DNA from: an uncultured Planctomycetota bacterium
Lineage (GTDB): Bacteria > Planctomycetota > Planctomycetia > Isosphaerales > Isosphaeraceae
Direction: 5' to 3'
DNA: 64,000 bases
Assembly: GCA_963845755.1 (NCBI GenBank)
Contig: CAWJTV010000012.1
Coordinates: 64,001-128,000 of the forward strand
Made by a program: the position numbers and the translations under genes. The notes below the pieces were generated by a model. The model was not told the DNA's origin. It was given only the letters and a program-made list of their open reading frames with translations, and did not search any database. Numbering within the stretch: position 1 is the stretch's first letter; each line of letters opens with the position of its first letter. Shown here piece after piece: positions 1-10,803 of the stretch.

Positions 1-403
1 CGTTTTGGCAGAAGAACTCGCCAAGAAGATCCTGGACGAGGAGGCGAAGACGAAGCTTGAGAACCGGCGCAAGGATGTCCATCACCGTCAAGCGATCAAC
101 TATTATCTCTCCAAGACCCAGGTACGCTCGGTCCAGCCCGAACGGCTCTTTCAATTCGTCGCGGCGCTTCCCCCGTGGATTCAGTCCGGCATGGAGCATT
201 ATCCCCCGGACGAAGCGCGACGGCGGGTCTCCTTTGCATACCGGCTGGTCTTTCCTTATCCTCAGGAAATTGGAGAAGTCCGACCCTCGTCCGCACAGCC
301 AACCAAGGGATCAGGTGGTCGTATCCCGACCTCGAAAAAGAGCGGGGTCGCTCCGGGCCAGCGCAAGGGCATGCCGCGACCACGGCCAGATTCCCCCTTC
401 TGA
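1..403 (+). CDS. hypothetical protein, 5'-truncated by window edge
   Basis: Open frame to TGA at 401-403, protein-like composition, ends just before ribD. Confidence 0.6.
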   Translation, partial: VLAEELAKKILDEEAKTKLENRRKDVHHRQAINYYLSKTQVRSVQPERLFQFVAALPPWIQSGMEHYPPDEARRRVSFAYRLVFPYPQEIGEVRPSSAQPTKGSGGRIPTSKKSGVAPGQRKGMPRPRPDSPF

Positions 404-425
404 GCAGGCGGAGCGACGGGATCCC

Positions 426-1565
426 ATGGGATTCTCCAGCGTGGATGTGGAATGGATGCGGCTCGCCCTGACCGAGGCCGTAAAGGGACTCGGAGCGGTC
501 GAGCCCAACCCGATGGTCGGGGCGGTCATCGTTCGGGATGGCCGGGTCGTCGGCATCGGACATCACCAGGAGTTCGGGGGCCCCCACGCCGAAGTGATGG
601 CTCTCAGGCAAGCCGGGGAGGCGGCGCGCGGCGCGACCTTGTACGTCACACTCGAGCCGTGCTGCCATTTCGGCAAGACCCCCCCGTGCACCGATGCGAT
701 CCTTGCCGCGGGTATCGATCGCGTGGTCGCGGCGGTTCGAGATCCGTTCCCGGCGGTCAACGGCGGTGGCGTCGCGATCCTGGAGCGCAAGGGAGTGGCA
801 ATTGAGATCGGTTGCGAAGCCGAGCGGGCCCGTGGTCTTAACGAACCGTATTGGAAACGGCTGACGACGGGCTTGCCCTACGTCATCGCCAAATGGGCGA
901 TGACTCTCGACGGTAAGACCGCCGTGGCCTGCGGAGACAGTCGTTGGATCTCCTCGGAGTCCTCTCGCCGCATCGTTCATGAGCTGAGGGGCCGTGTGGA
1001 TGCAATCATCGTTGGAGTCGGAACTGTCGAGGCCGACGACCCTCACCTGACCGTCCGTCCCCCCGGCCGGCGCCGCCCCGTCCGGATCGTGCTCGACAGC
1101 ACGGCGCGTCTGCCGCTGACGAGCAACCTGGCTCGGACGGCACGTGAGGTCCCTGTGCTGGTAGCTGCCACCGATCGGGCGTCCGCAAATCGCCGCGATT
1201 CGCTGGAGAGGCTCGGCTGCGAAGTCGTCGAATTCGTCGGTTCGGCCTCCGGATTCGTCTCCGTGCCGTGTCTGCTCCAGGAGCTCGGCCGTCGCGGGAT
1301 GACCAACGTCCTGGTCGAGGGGGGAGGCCGGGTCCTGGGCTCGTTCCTCGACGTTGGTCAGATCGACACGGTCGATATCTTCGTCGCGCCGATCCTCGAG
1401 GGCGGAGACCATCCTCGTACGGCCGCACGGGGACTGGGCCGCCCTCTGATGAACGATGCGCCGCGGCTGCGGGACATCGAGGTCTCTCGCGCTGGCGAGG
1501 ACGTGCGCATCCGCGGACGCTTGCCCCAACCCTGGCGCATTCGAGCGGGCTTCATCGAAGAATGA
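426..1565 (+). CDS. ribD: bifunctional riboflavin biosynthesis deaminase/reductase RibD
   Basis: PNPMVGAVIV, HAE and TLEPCCHFGKTPPC Zn-deaminase motifs; KWAMTLDGK and VLVEGGG reductase motifs; ATG at 426. Confidence 0.96.
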   Translation: MGFSSVDVEWMRLALTEAVKGLGAVEPNPMVGAVIVRDGRVVGIGHHQEFGGPHAEVMALRQAGEAARGATLYVTLEPCCHFGKTPPCTDAILAAGIDRVVAAVRDPFPAVNGGGVAILERKGVAIEIGCEAERARGLNEPYWKRLTTGLPYVIAKWAMTLDGKTAVACGDSRWISSESSRRIVHELRGRVDAIIVGVGTVEADDPHLTVRPPGRRRPVRIVLDSTARLPLTSNLARTAREVPVLVAATDRASANRRDSLERLGCEVVEFVGSASGFVSVPCLLQELGRRGMTNVLVEGGGRVLGSFLDVGQIDTVDIFVAPILEGGDHPRTAARGLGRPLMNDAPRLRDIEVSRAGEDVRIRGRLPQPWRIRAGFIEE

Positions 1566-1619
1566 GACCTGCAACTCTTGACCACCTCGACAGGTGAGCG
1601 TTACAGTGGCGATTGGTGA

Positions 1620-1634
1620 TGGCATGGATTTTGC
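1620..1634 (+). promoter_or_regulatory. putative sigma54 -24/-12 promoter of rex
   Basis: TGGCATGGATTTTGC: GG-N10-GC with TGGCA and TTGC, intergenic, about 57 nt before the GTG start. Confidence 0.6.
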
Positions 1635-1690
1635 CCTCGATCCACATGCCGTGCTCGATGGGCACCATTCTCCCCCGTGGAGACTCGCTC

Positions 1691-2365
1691 GTGGCCGATC
1701 GACAGCACGAGCCTTCGGGAGAAAGAATCGCCCCAAAGGCGGTTGTCGGGCGAGTCAGTCTGTACTTGAGGCAGCTCGAGACTTATCAACGCCAGGGATG
1801 GAACACAGTCTCCAGCAGTCAACTCGGAGCCCCTCTCTCGATCAAGAATGCCCAAGTCCGCAAAGACCTGGCGTTCTTCGGCCAGTTTGGTCACCCGGGG
1901 ATCGGTTACCGGATCGACGAGTTGATCGCCGCACTCCGACATATCCTCGGCATCGATCATGAATGGCCATTGGCGCTAGTTGGCCTGGGGAATCTGGGGC
2001 GGGCTTTACTGAAATATCGGGGATTCCGCACGCGTGGTTTTCAGGTGACGGCACTCTTCGATAATGATCCGGCGAAGATCGGACAGAGCTACGACGGGCT
2101 GATCGTCGAGCCGATCGACTCGTTACGCAAGGCGGTTGCTCTGAGGAAGATCCACCTCGCCATCTTGTGCGTACCGGCAGACGTCGCCCAGCGTGTCGCC
2201 GACTTGCTGGTCGCCAGCGGGATTCGGGGGATCCTCAATTTTGCCCCGGTTCCGCTCGTGGCGCCGCCTCATGTCAATCTCGTGGCCGTCAACCTGAGCA
2301 TCCAACTCGAGAACCTGGCCTACAAGGTCCAGAAGACCCAGGGTGAGGTTTCCTGGGCCGGCTAG
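1691..2365 (+). CDS. rex: redox-sensing transcriptional repressor Rex
   Basis: RVSLYLR...VSSSQLG...QVRKDLAFFGQFGHPGIGY wHTH; VGLGNLGRAL Rossmann fold; GILNFAP; GTG at 1691 after GGAG. Confidence 0.95.
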   Translation: MADRQHEPSGERIAPKAVVGRVSLYLRQLETYQRQGWNTVSSSQLGAPLSIKNAQVRKDLAFFGQFGHPGIGYRIDELIAALRHILGIDHEWPLALVGLGNLGRALLKYRGFRTRGFQVTALFDNDPAKIGQSYDGLIVEPIDSLRKAVALRKIHLAILCVPADVAQRVADLLVASGIRGILNFAPVPLVAPPHVNLVAVNLSIQLENLAYKVQKTQGEVSWAG

Positions 2366-2539
2366 CCTTCCCCGCCGTCGCTGCAATCGATAAAATGAGT
2401 GAACGACTACCCGGTGGTGAAACGGTATCACAACAGGTTTTGGTCCTGTTTTTCCAGGTTCGAATCCTGGCCGGGTAGCTGTAAGTCACAATTCTCGGCT
2501 GTGGACTTGATCCACACACGCTCGATTGCCATCACAGAA

Positions 2540-3718
2540 TCACTTGAGGATCGGCAAGACCTCCCTCTGAAGGCCACCGGTCACATGAACGGTCCCGGCG
2601 CCGTCGACGAACACGTTGACCTCGCTCCGAACTCCGAATTCCTCCTGGTAGATCCCCGGCTCGACCGAGAAGCAGGTTCGTCGCAGGACGAGGCGTTCCT
2701 CGTGCGTTTCGAGGTTGTCCATGTGGGCCCCATTGCCGTGGACTTCCTGGCCGATATTGTGTCCGGTGCGGTGGATGAAAAAGCGGCCGTAGCCGGCATC
2801 CTCGATGACTCTTCGACAGGCGGCGTCGACCTCCCAGCCCTGAAGCGGCCGGCCGACGGCATAGGCGTCGCGGACGCAAGTAATGGCCGCGTCGCGCGCT
2901 CGGGCGACGATCGCGAAGATCTCTTGATACCGCTGCGGGACAGTTGTGCCGACAAAGCCAACCCGCGTCAGATCGCTGTAGACTGAACGGGGCCGGTCAA
3001 CCTTGGCCCAGAGATCGATCAGCACAAAATTGTCCGGGCCGATGACGCCATCGTGTCCGGCGACCGGTTCATAATGCGGGTCGCCGCTGTGGGGGCCGAC
3101 GGCGACGATCGGCGGGCTATACGTGGTCAATCCATTGCGGTGGAAGTGGTCCATGATGGCCGACTGGACCTCAGTCTCGCGGATCGTCCGACCGGCGCGG
3201 ACGCGTTCGGCGATCAACCCGAACGCCAGCTCGTACGCCGACTGTGTGAATAGCTCGGCCTCGCGATGCATTCCCCACTGTTCGTCATCCCAGGTCGCCT
3301 CGAATTGCTGGATCAAGTCGCCCGACGAGACCACCTCGATGCCGCATCCACGAACCAGCTCTATCACTCCCGCGTCCACCCGCGACACATAAGGATTGGA
3401 CACGCGGGGGGAATACTCCATCGCGATGCGATTGCATCCGCCGACGAGCGCCGCCACGCCGGCCTCCAGCTCTTGCCAGGGGAGATACACAGTCTTCTCG
3501 CCGGGCAGCTCGTCGAGGGCACCGGCTTCGATGCGATGTACCAGTTTCCGCGGGTCTCCCTCCTTGGGAATGTAATAGAAGAACCGGCGCGTGCCGGGCT
3601 TTTCAACGAGCCCGAGGACTCGTCGGGCCAGGACATTGCTCCCCCTAAAATCGTAGAGCAGCCAACCGTCGAGTCCGAAATCGGCGAGGCACTTCTGGAC
3701 GGCCTTGAGGTCGAACAT
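2540..3718 (-). CDS. M24 family aminopeptidase (Xaa-Pro peptidase-like)
   Basis: Pita-bread metal ligands: LIDLWAK, YSDLTR, HRTGHNIG, FSVEPGIY, GVRSE. Confidence 0.92.
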   Translation of the reverse strand: MFDLKAVQKCLADFGLDGWLLYDFRGSNVLARRVLGLVEKPGTRRFFYYIPKEGDPRKLVHRIEAGALDELPGEKTVYLPWQELEAGVAALVGGCNRIAMEYSPRVSNPYVSRVDAGVIELVRGCGIEVVSSGDLIQQFEATWDDEQWGMHREAELFTQSAYELAFGLIAERVRAGRTIRETEVQSAIMDHFHRNGLTTYSPPIVAVGPHSGDPHYEPVAGHDGVIGPDNFVLIDLWAKVDRPRSVYSDLTRVGFVGTTVPQRYQEIFAIVARARDAAITCVRDAYAVGRPLQGWEVDAACRRVIEDAGYGRFFIHRTGHNIGQEVHGNGAHMDNLETHEERLVLRRTCFSVEPGIYQEEFGVRSEVNVFVDGAGTVHVTGGLQREVLPILK

Positions 3719-3989
3719 TGCTGTCGCTCCATGAGCCAATCAGTCCCTGGGGCGGATTCTTTCGTGAGTGCTCGGATTCGAGTCGAAAAACCTGAGAACC
3801 GATCCAACTGGGTGCGTCGCAGGCGGTGCCCAATGATATCATCCGGCTCCGCGATGACATACTCGTCTCCCGACCCGAACCCAAAAGAAAACGCCGCCGA
3901 ATCGTGAGATTGGGCGGCGTTTCCCGGTCAGGGAGCGCCGAAGGTCTGGCTCGACTCGACGGCGTATTGCTGTCGGGTCGGTCCGTGTC

Positions 3990-6240
3990 TTACTGGATCA
4001 CCGCATTCTTCTGGGGGAGGACCGGGAACTGGCTGCTGGCTGGGACCGACGACGGCAGCGACTGGCCCGTCGCCGTGATACTCTGCGGAGACGGATCGAC
4101 GACCGTCGGACAGTGGATCATGACGGGGACTTTCACGCACACCTCGACCGGCACCTGCCGGCAGACCGTCCGCGGCACGCAGACCGGCTTGTTCTCGCAC
4201 ACCTGTCGGCAAACGGTCACCGGGCACTGGATGGTCTGAGTCTCGCAAACCTGCCGGCAAACCTTGACGGGTACCCTGCGGACACACTGAACGGTCTGCA
4301 TCTCACAGACAGTGACGGGCACCTGCTTGACGCAAGGTTCCGACACCATCTCGCAGTAGGTCTGACAGACCCGCTTGACGCAGGGATCCGCGACCATCCG
4401 GCAGGTCGTGACCGGCACCTGCTTGACGCAGGTCTGGGTCACCATCCGGCAAGTCGTGACCGGCACTTGCTTGACGCAGGTCTGGGTCACCATCCGGCAG
4501 GTCGTGACGGGCACACGCTTGACACAGGTCTGCGGTACCATGCGAGTGACCGAGCAGGGCACTTGCTTGTACTGGCACTCCCGGATCGTCCGCGTGACCG
4601 TGTAAGGGACCTGCTTCGAGCACGTCTCCCGGACGTACTGGGTCACGGTATACGGCTCTTGGCGATACTCGGTCTTCGGGCACATCTTGGTGACCGTGAT
4701 CGGAACGCGGCGCATCACGGTGCGAGGCTGCATCGTGCAGAAGGTATACGGCACGGTCTTGGTGCACGTCTCTTGAACGGTCCGACAGACGGTGACGGGC
4801 ACCTGCTTGACGCACTGCTGGGCCACGTACTCGCAAACGGTGACGGGCACCTGCTTGACGCAGGTCTCGTTCACCATGCGGCAGGTCGTCACCGGGATCT
4901 GCTGCACGCATTCCTGGGCGACCATCTGGCAGGTGGTCACCGGAACCTGCTCACAAACGGTGTACGGCACCTGCTTGCAGACCGTATAGGGCACCTGCTT
5001 GCGAATCACTTGCTTCTCATAGACCGTGCAGGCCACATCCTCGACGACCGTCCGGGGACGGCAAACGGGTCGCTCGCACCAGGTCCCGGGACACTCGTAG
5101 AGACAGCCATTGACGCAGACCGACTTGCCCGGGACGAAGTACCGCTCCATCACCGTTTCGTTCACGGTGCGGCAGACCTGCTGCTGAACCGTCCTGGGCA
5201 CGCAGACGGTCTCGCAGACCTCGCGACAGGCCGTCTCGTTCACGGTCTGATAGCATGTCCGGCTCACGGTCTTGAATGAGGTCGTCTGCACGGGACGGCA
5301 GACGGTATACCGGCATTCCTTCATCACCGTCTCGCGGACCGGCCGGCTCACGGTGTATGTGCAGCTTCGCATCTCCGTGCGCGTGTACGGGGACGCGCAC
5401 CGTGTATCGGCACTCTTTCAGGACGGTCTCATTGACCTGACGGCTGACCGTGTACGGGACCTGTTTGTACGCGCACTGACGAACCTGGACCATCTCGGTC
5501 GCCGGCTGGCACTGCATGACGCACTGCTGGACCGGGACCTGAACGGTGTAAGGGACGCATCGCATGCGCGTGCTCTGGACCGGACGGCACACGGTGTAGA
5601 CGCAGGTTTTGTAGCACGTCTGTTGGACGGGGCGGCAGACCGTGTAGGACACCGTCTTCATGACGGTCTCTTGCACGGGTCGGCAGACGGTGTAACAGAC
5701 GTCCTTGTAAGAGACCTCGCGGACCGGCCGGCTGACATTGTAAGTGCAGGTCCGAAGGGTCGTTTCCTGCACCGGCCGGCAGACCGTGTACGTGCGGTTT
5801 TCCAGGTGAGTTTCCTGGACGGGCCGGCAGACCGTGTAGGTCACGTCCTTCCAGACTGTCCGCGTGACCGGCCGCTGAACCGTGTACTGGACGGGCTGGA
5901 GGACCGTGTGATAGACCGGCCTCTGGACCGTGTATGGTTCCTCGCGGATCTGTTCGTCCACCACATTTCGCACATTGGTGACCGTCCTCGGCTGCATGAC
6001 CGTCTCGGACACGGTCCGCATGCTCGGGACAAATTGCGTCTCGTACACCGTCTCCTGCACGTTCTGGAGAACGGTCTGACGCTGGAGTTGATATTGGATG
6101 TGCCCACAACAATCCTGGGGCACGGGGCAAATTCGGTTTGATGCACCACCCGCGTAGCTCGCTCCCTCCGCCGGGTGCGCGACCGCGCCCAGCCCTATGC
6201 CCAGGGCCAACAGCGCGACCGACAGCAGTTTTCTCAACAT
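3990..6240 (-). CDS. secreted Cys-rich YTV-repeat protein (planctomycete envelope type); frameshift near 5380-5390
   Basis: Signal peptide MLRKLLSVALLALGIGLGAVAHPAEGA; many 16-aa repeats YTVCRPVQET / CVKQVPVTTCRMV; two ORFs joined by one indel. Confidence 0.88.
4375..4530. repeat. about 3 near-identical 48-nt tandem repeats within the YTV gene
   Basis: accatccggcaggtcgtgaccggcacctgcttgacgcaggtctgggtc repeated in tandem. Confidence 0.85.
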
Positions 6241-7010
6241 CGGACGCTCCACTAAACACTCCCGACCTACTTCGGCGCTCATCGGTTCCCGAGACCCCAA
6301 GTCTCCGACTCCGCCTCGGGACCGCCAACTCACTCTCTTACTTCGTCCCATGACCACGTCGTGCTTCAGGAAGTTTCTCCAAATTTCCCAGTGGCCAAAT
6401 TCCCCCAAAACGTAATGTTTGCCCAGATGTTGTGTTGCTCTCGCAGACACTCTGAATTATCAGAAAATCCCGGGAAGGGAACCGAACCGGAATGGTGGGA
6501 GTCACCCGCAGGGTTTCGCTGATCCGTCCGGAAGAACGCGCAGTGTTCGAGGACAGGGCCTCTTCTCGGGTCGATGCCGTTGACCGAGTCTGGGCAACCT
6601 CACCGGTTCCGAGAAACCGGACGATCAAGCCTTATGCTTAGGCATCTTCGCGGCGGCCTGGTGCGCGGGATCGCAGAGACGGACGAACAGGGCCGCTTCT
6701 TCGAGTCCGACCCGGTCGGCGCGGCCAAAGGCGCGACCCGGCTAGGCTCGGATCCTAACGCGGGCATGATTCCCAAGGTCAAAACGAAATGACCTGGACG
6801 TATCTGATGTTCTCGCGTTCAGATGCTCGTGACGAACTTCCTCGCCGAAGGCCTCATGAAATGGCACTCTTTGGCATCTTATTGGAAGGTTGCCTTCCCC
6901 GATCTCTTTGTCCGGAAGGGATTTGTGACAGGTTGTCGGATCGGTCGGAGCAGTCCACTCGTCAGCATTTCGGACCCGTTCTTCGGCGCGTAATTACCAC
7001 ACTGTTTATT

Positions 7011-7039
7011 AGTATAACACAGCTTTTCAAAAGCGTTAA
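7011..7039 (-). promoter_or_regulatory. putative sigma70 promoter (extended -10) facing the YTV gene
   Basis: Minus strand TTAACG-N17-TATACT with TGn extension, in an AT-rich patch. Confidence 0.45.
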
Positions 7040-7346
7040 TGCACCTATCGGGGTCCTTGGACGATCAGTTTCCCTAATTCCTGATCTCTGCGGCAGTTAA
7101 GAATATCCGGAAAAATTCCTGCCCGGTTGATTACAACGCCCCCTTTTGGCCTACGTGGTATCGTCAAGAGTCGCCCACGGGACTTGCTGCGAGCCCTTCC
7201 ACCGCTTCCAGGAACCCCGAGCACTCCGAACAATCTCGTTGACGTGGCTTGGGGCGTCGACGAGAATTGTCATCGTGCGACGTCATTCGTAAACTGCTCG
7301 GGAGCCGGAGTCAACGGACTTCCGAGCCCCCACACCTGGTGCTACC

Positions 7347-8210
7347 ATGAACGCGACAACGGTTTTGACGCTCCTGCTTGCGCTGGCAGCGGACGGGCCC
7401 GAGTCCGCACAGGCGCAGCGCGAGCGGCTCTACAACCTCCATCTCGGCGATGCCCTCGAGTACACCCTTTATCGCGACGCGAGCCATCAGGAGAAGCTCG
7501 AGTTCCGGAAAGAGCCGGTTTACGTCTGGACCAATCCGGTCCGCACCACGCAGCAGGACGGTCTGGTCTTCGTCTGGACGGGCCGTGGCCGCCCCGAGGC
7601 GATCGGCACGTTCTTCTCGTCGGCCGCGGGTGGGAGACGCGGCGTGAACCACGAGCTCCATTCGCTGTCGCTTTCGACGCTCGACGTCGTCCGCGAGGGA
7701 ACGCATGAGCACTTATGGAAGCCCAGGGCCGCCGGCATCGAGCTTTCACCCATCGAAGGCGCCCCAGCCCCTGCAGGTTCTCCCGCGCCGCGGCTCGCGC
7801 AGATGCGCGCGATGGCCCGCGAGTTCTCCGCGGCCACCCGCGATGCCCAGGACAAACGCTGGGAACTCCGCCTGCTCTCGAAGCCGCTTTACCGCTATGA
7901 GAGCACCGACCCCGATGTTCTCGACGGTGCGCTGTTCGCGTTCGTGACGTCCGCCGGGACCGACCCCGAGGCGCTCCTGATCATCGAGGCGCGACGGCCT
8001 CCCGGCGGTGGAATGCCGCTCTGGTACCGTGCACTGGCCCGATTCACCGATCTGAACTTATCCGTGCGGTACAAGGGGATGGAGGTCTTCGCGGCCGACT
8101 CGACCCGCGGGGACACCCTGAAGATGTACCCGAACCAGGAATACCGGCTCTTCACCGACCGCATCATCCCCGACGTCCCCGCTCCATTCCGCGAGGGCGA
8201 AAGGCCATGA
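7347..8210 (+). CDS. secreted hypothetical protein (planctomycete-type)
   Basis: Signal peptide; WTNPVR...DGLVFVWT.RGRPE and GTDPEALLIIEAR motifs; ATGA overlap with next gene. Confidence 0.8.
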   Translation: MNATTVLTLLLALAADGPESAQAQRERLYNLHLGDALEYTLYRDASHQEKLEFRKEPVYVWTNPVRTTQQDGLVFVWTGRGRPEAIGTFFSSAAGGRRGVNHELHSLSLSTLDVVREGTHEHLWKPRAAGIELSPIEGAPAPAGSPAPRLAQMRAMAREFSAATRDAQDKRWELRLLSKPLYRYESTDPDVLDGALFAFVTSAGTDPEALLIIEARRPPGGGMPLWYRALARFTDLNLSVRYKGMEVFAADSTRGDTLKMYPNQEYRLFTDRIIPDVPAPFREGERP

Positions 8211-9564
8211 AGCCGGACGCCCGCGAAGAGACCCTGGCATCCCCTGCGCCCTGGACATGGCGGACGACCGTGTGGGCGCTAATCTGGTCCGCGGGCGTGT
8301 TCGCCGCCTATCTGGCCAACGGCCGCGAGATCTGGTCGGGCGACTCGGTTCCGGCGAAATACCTCACCTGCACGCTCGTCCGTGGCGATGGGTTCTACCT
8401 GGACCGCTACCAGGCGGACGTCCTGAAGTGGTGGCCTAACCCAAGTATGCCGTACTACGTGACCATGGTCGATGGGCATTACATTTCGCGCTATCCGATC
8501 GCCCCGGCATTCGTCGCGCTGCCGTTCACGATGCCGCAAATGCTCTTCCTGGACTGGGCCCGTCCGGGCTGGGAGACGAGCGACCCGAAGTGGTTCGACA
8601 CCATCGCCAAGAATTCGGCCGCCGCCATAACGACCCTGGCGGCCCTCGTGCTCCTGGCCGTTCTGCGGAAGCTGGGCGTGGGCCGCGTGGCGTGGCTGGC
8701 GGCCCTCGCCGCGGCTTTGGGCTCGAACTTATGGTGCACGGCCAGCCAGAGCCTCTGGCAGCATGGGCCCGCCGCGCTCATGCTGACGCTGCTCGTGTGG
8801 CTGCTCTTGCCCGAATCGCCATCGCCGCTGCGGTTCGCCGCGGCCGGAGTGGCGGCGGGGCTTCTGGTCTGCTCGCGCCCATCGATCTCCCGTTCGCGGC
8901 CATGACCGCGCTCTGGGTCACGCTCCGGCATCCGCGGCAACTGGTCTGGTTCCTTCCGCCCGCGATGGTTCTCGGCGCCGCGCTCATCGGCTACAACCGC
9001 GCCTATCTCGGCGCCGCCGGGGGATACTATTCGACGTTCGACGCCGCGACGTTCGGGACCCCCTGGTCCGAAGGGCTGATGGGAACGTTGATGAGCCCCA
9101 GCCGCGGGCTCTTCATCTTCTCCCCCTGGACGCTGATCGCGTTCGCCTATCTGCCGTTCGCGTTCTTCCGGCTTCGCCCCGCAACGCTCCTTCCCTGGCT
9201 GCTGGTGACCTTGGTCGCGCACGCGCTCTTGATCTCGACCTTCTCGTGCTGGTGGGCCGGGCTCTGTTTCGGCCCGAGGTACTGGACCGAGGTCATCCCC
9301 TTGCTCGCGATCGTTCTGGGCCTGGCGCTGGCCTGGGCGAGGGCCCGATGCCGGCCCATCTTCGCCGTCTCCCTCGTCTTGATCGCGGTCTCAATCGGCG
9401 TTCAGTTCCTGGGCGCCGCCATGTATCCCTGCGGATGGGAAGACCACGCCCAGGAGGAGGGCGAGCACTTCAAAGAGCGGCTTTGGGACTGGTCGGACAG
9501 TGAGCTGTCGCGCTGCATCATCGTCAGCCGGCCCTACCGCGCCCTGTTCGGGCCGCCGCCCTAG
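8207..9564 (+). CDS. polytopic membrane protein, GT-C/mannosyltransferase-like; frameshift near 8880
   Basis: Multiple TM helices; SQSLWQHG, SPSRGLFIFSPW, WWAGLCFGPRY and RLWDW motifs across two frames. Confidence 0.7.
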
Positions 9565-10001
9565 CCGATAGTTCTCGCCCCGGACGAATTGGAGTCGAAT
9601 CCGCCGCTGGCGCCCGTCACGCCGAAGGCCCCGGTCCGCTCCCGGTTTGACGCCGCCCTGGCCGAGGGTGGATCAGTCTCGCCCACGGCCGCCGGCAGCC
9701 TCGACCGCGTCGGCTGCGATCGGATAGAAGTTTGGGCCTGGGATCCCCGCGCCCCGAGACGCCGATTGCGCTCGACCTCTACGACGGCGAGACCCGCCTT
9801 GCGACCTTAACGGCCGATCGTTTGCGTCAGGACCTCGCCCGAGAGCAGAAGGGTAACGGGAAGCACGGTTTCGTCTTCGACACCCCCCCTGCTCTCAGGG
9901 ACGCGATGACCCATCAGATCCACGCGAACATTGCAGGGACTGGAATCGAGCTGCACAAGTCACCGCAAGATCTCGCCTGCCCCGAGCTGGAGACACGCTG
10001 A
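9565..10001 (+). CDS. extracytoplasmic beta-domain, in frame after TAG 9562-9564 of the upstream gene; frameshift near 9750
   Basis: Pro-rich linker then GSLDRVGCDRIEVWAWD / PETPIALDLYDG..ADRLRQDL..GNGKHGFVF; no good start codon or RBS of its own. Confidence 0.55.
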
Positions 10002-10601
10002 GGCCCGTTTCCATGCGTTCGGGGTGAGTATCAGATCACGTCGGATGGAGGGTCCTCGGACAACTCCAGTCGGGCGCAAGCCGGGCTGGTACACGACGAG
10101 CCGGCGGCGACGCTCGAGTGGGCCGGAAAACCGAATAGCCCCCGGGCCAAACTCCAGGCCTTCGCGCGCTGTCCGATCGAATCGCTGCGTGATTCGATGC
10201 GAAGAAGTCCGATGGGGCGAAGCTCGGCACTTCCGGTGCCCAGGCCAGGCCGGATCATTGATGATGCCCTTTACCCAGCAATGGGACACTTCACGGTCCA
10301 CCGGAAAGGGCTTCGGCTCATGGGGGGAATTCGGTGGGACACCAGACTGGCCAAGGTCAAGCCGCCGGTGTCCGTGGGCGGAACTCCTGATCCTCCAGGG
10401 CCTTCAGGCGCTCGCTCCGCCTGTCGCCCCCTGGCGACAGGACAGGCCACCACCACTTTCCCCACATGAGCCAAACTGGTTTCCCCTCGAATTCGACTCG
10501 GCGACTCGGCCGAGTTCGAATTTCGGCCGCTGGCACGAGACTTTCAGGCAGTAGTCGCTAGACGGAAGTACGCGCACCCTGTCCATACGCGGGCCTAACC
10601 C

Positions 10602-10803
10602 CAATACCATTGAAATAACCATAACCAAAGGTGAGATCAAGAGTTGCGAAAAACTCATTCCCACGCTCCGCGTGGGAATGCCGTCCGGGACGCTCCGCGT
10701 CCCGACGATTTCCCGGTCGCGATGTGGGCAAGACGACGCAGAGCGTGGGAACGAGATCCAAGGCCTTCGTTCTCTTCGGTTTATGGCTAATTCAACGGTA
10801 TTG
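10602..10803. mobile_element. MITE with IS4-like termini (CAATACC...GGTATTG) and 10-bp target duplication
   Basis: TIR CAATACCATTGAAATAACCATAA vs rc CAATACCGTTGAATTAGCCATAA (20/23); GGCCTAACCC at 10592-10601 and 10804-10813. Confidence 0.85.
10654..10755. repeat. REP/REPIN-like palindrome doublet inside the MITE
   Basis: CTCATTCCCACGCTCCGCGTGGGAATG ... ACGCAGAGCGTGGGAACGAG inverted pair. Confidence 0.8.

Noticed and set aside
2415..2433. Rex-like half sites downstream of rex (TGGTGAA-N5-ATCACAA)
   Set aside because: Wrong spacing, and located between convergent gene ends.
4375..4530. Tandem repeats as a CRISPR or guide array
   Set aside because: Contiguous 48-nt coding repeats with no spacers and no cas genes.
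6862..6877. TGGCACTCTTTGGCA and TGGCACTAGCTTAGGC (minus strand, near 13642-13657) as sigma54 promoters
   Set aside because: GG-to-GC spacing is 9 and 11 nt rather than the required 10.
6950..6980. Hammerhead-like GAAA / CUGACGA words on the minus strand
   Set aside because: Only 2 nt separate the two core elements, so stems I and III cannot form.
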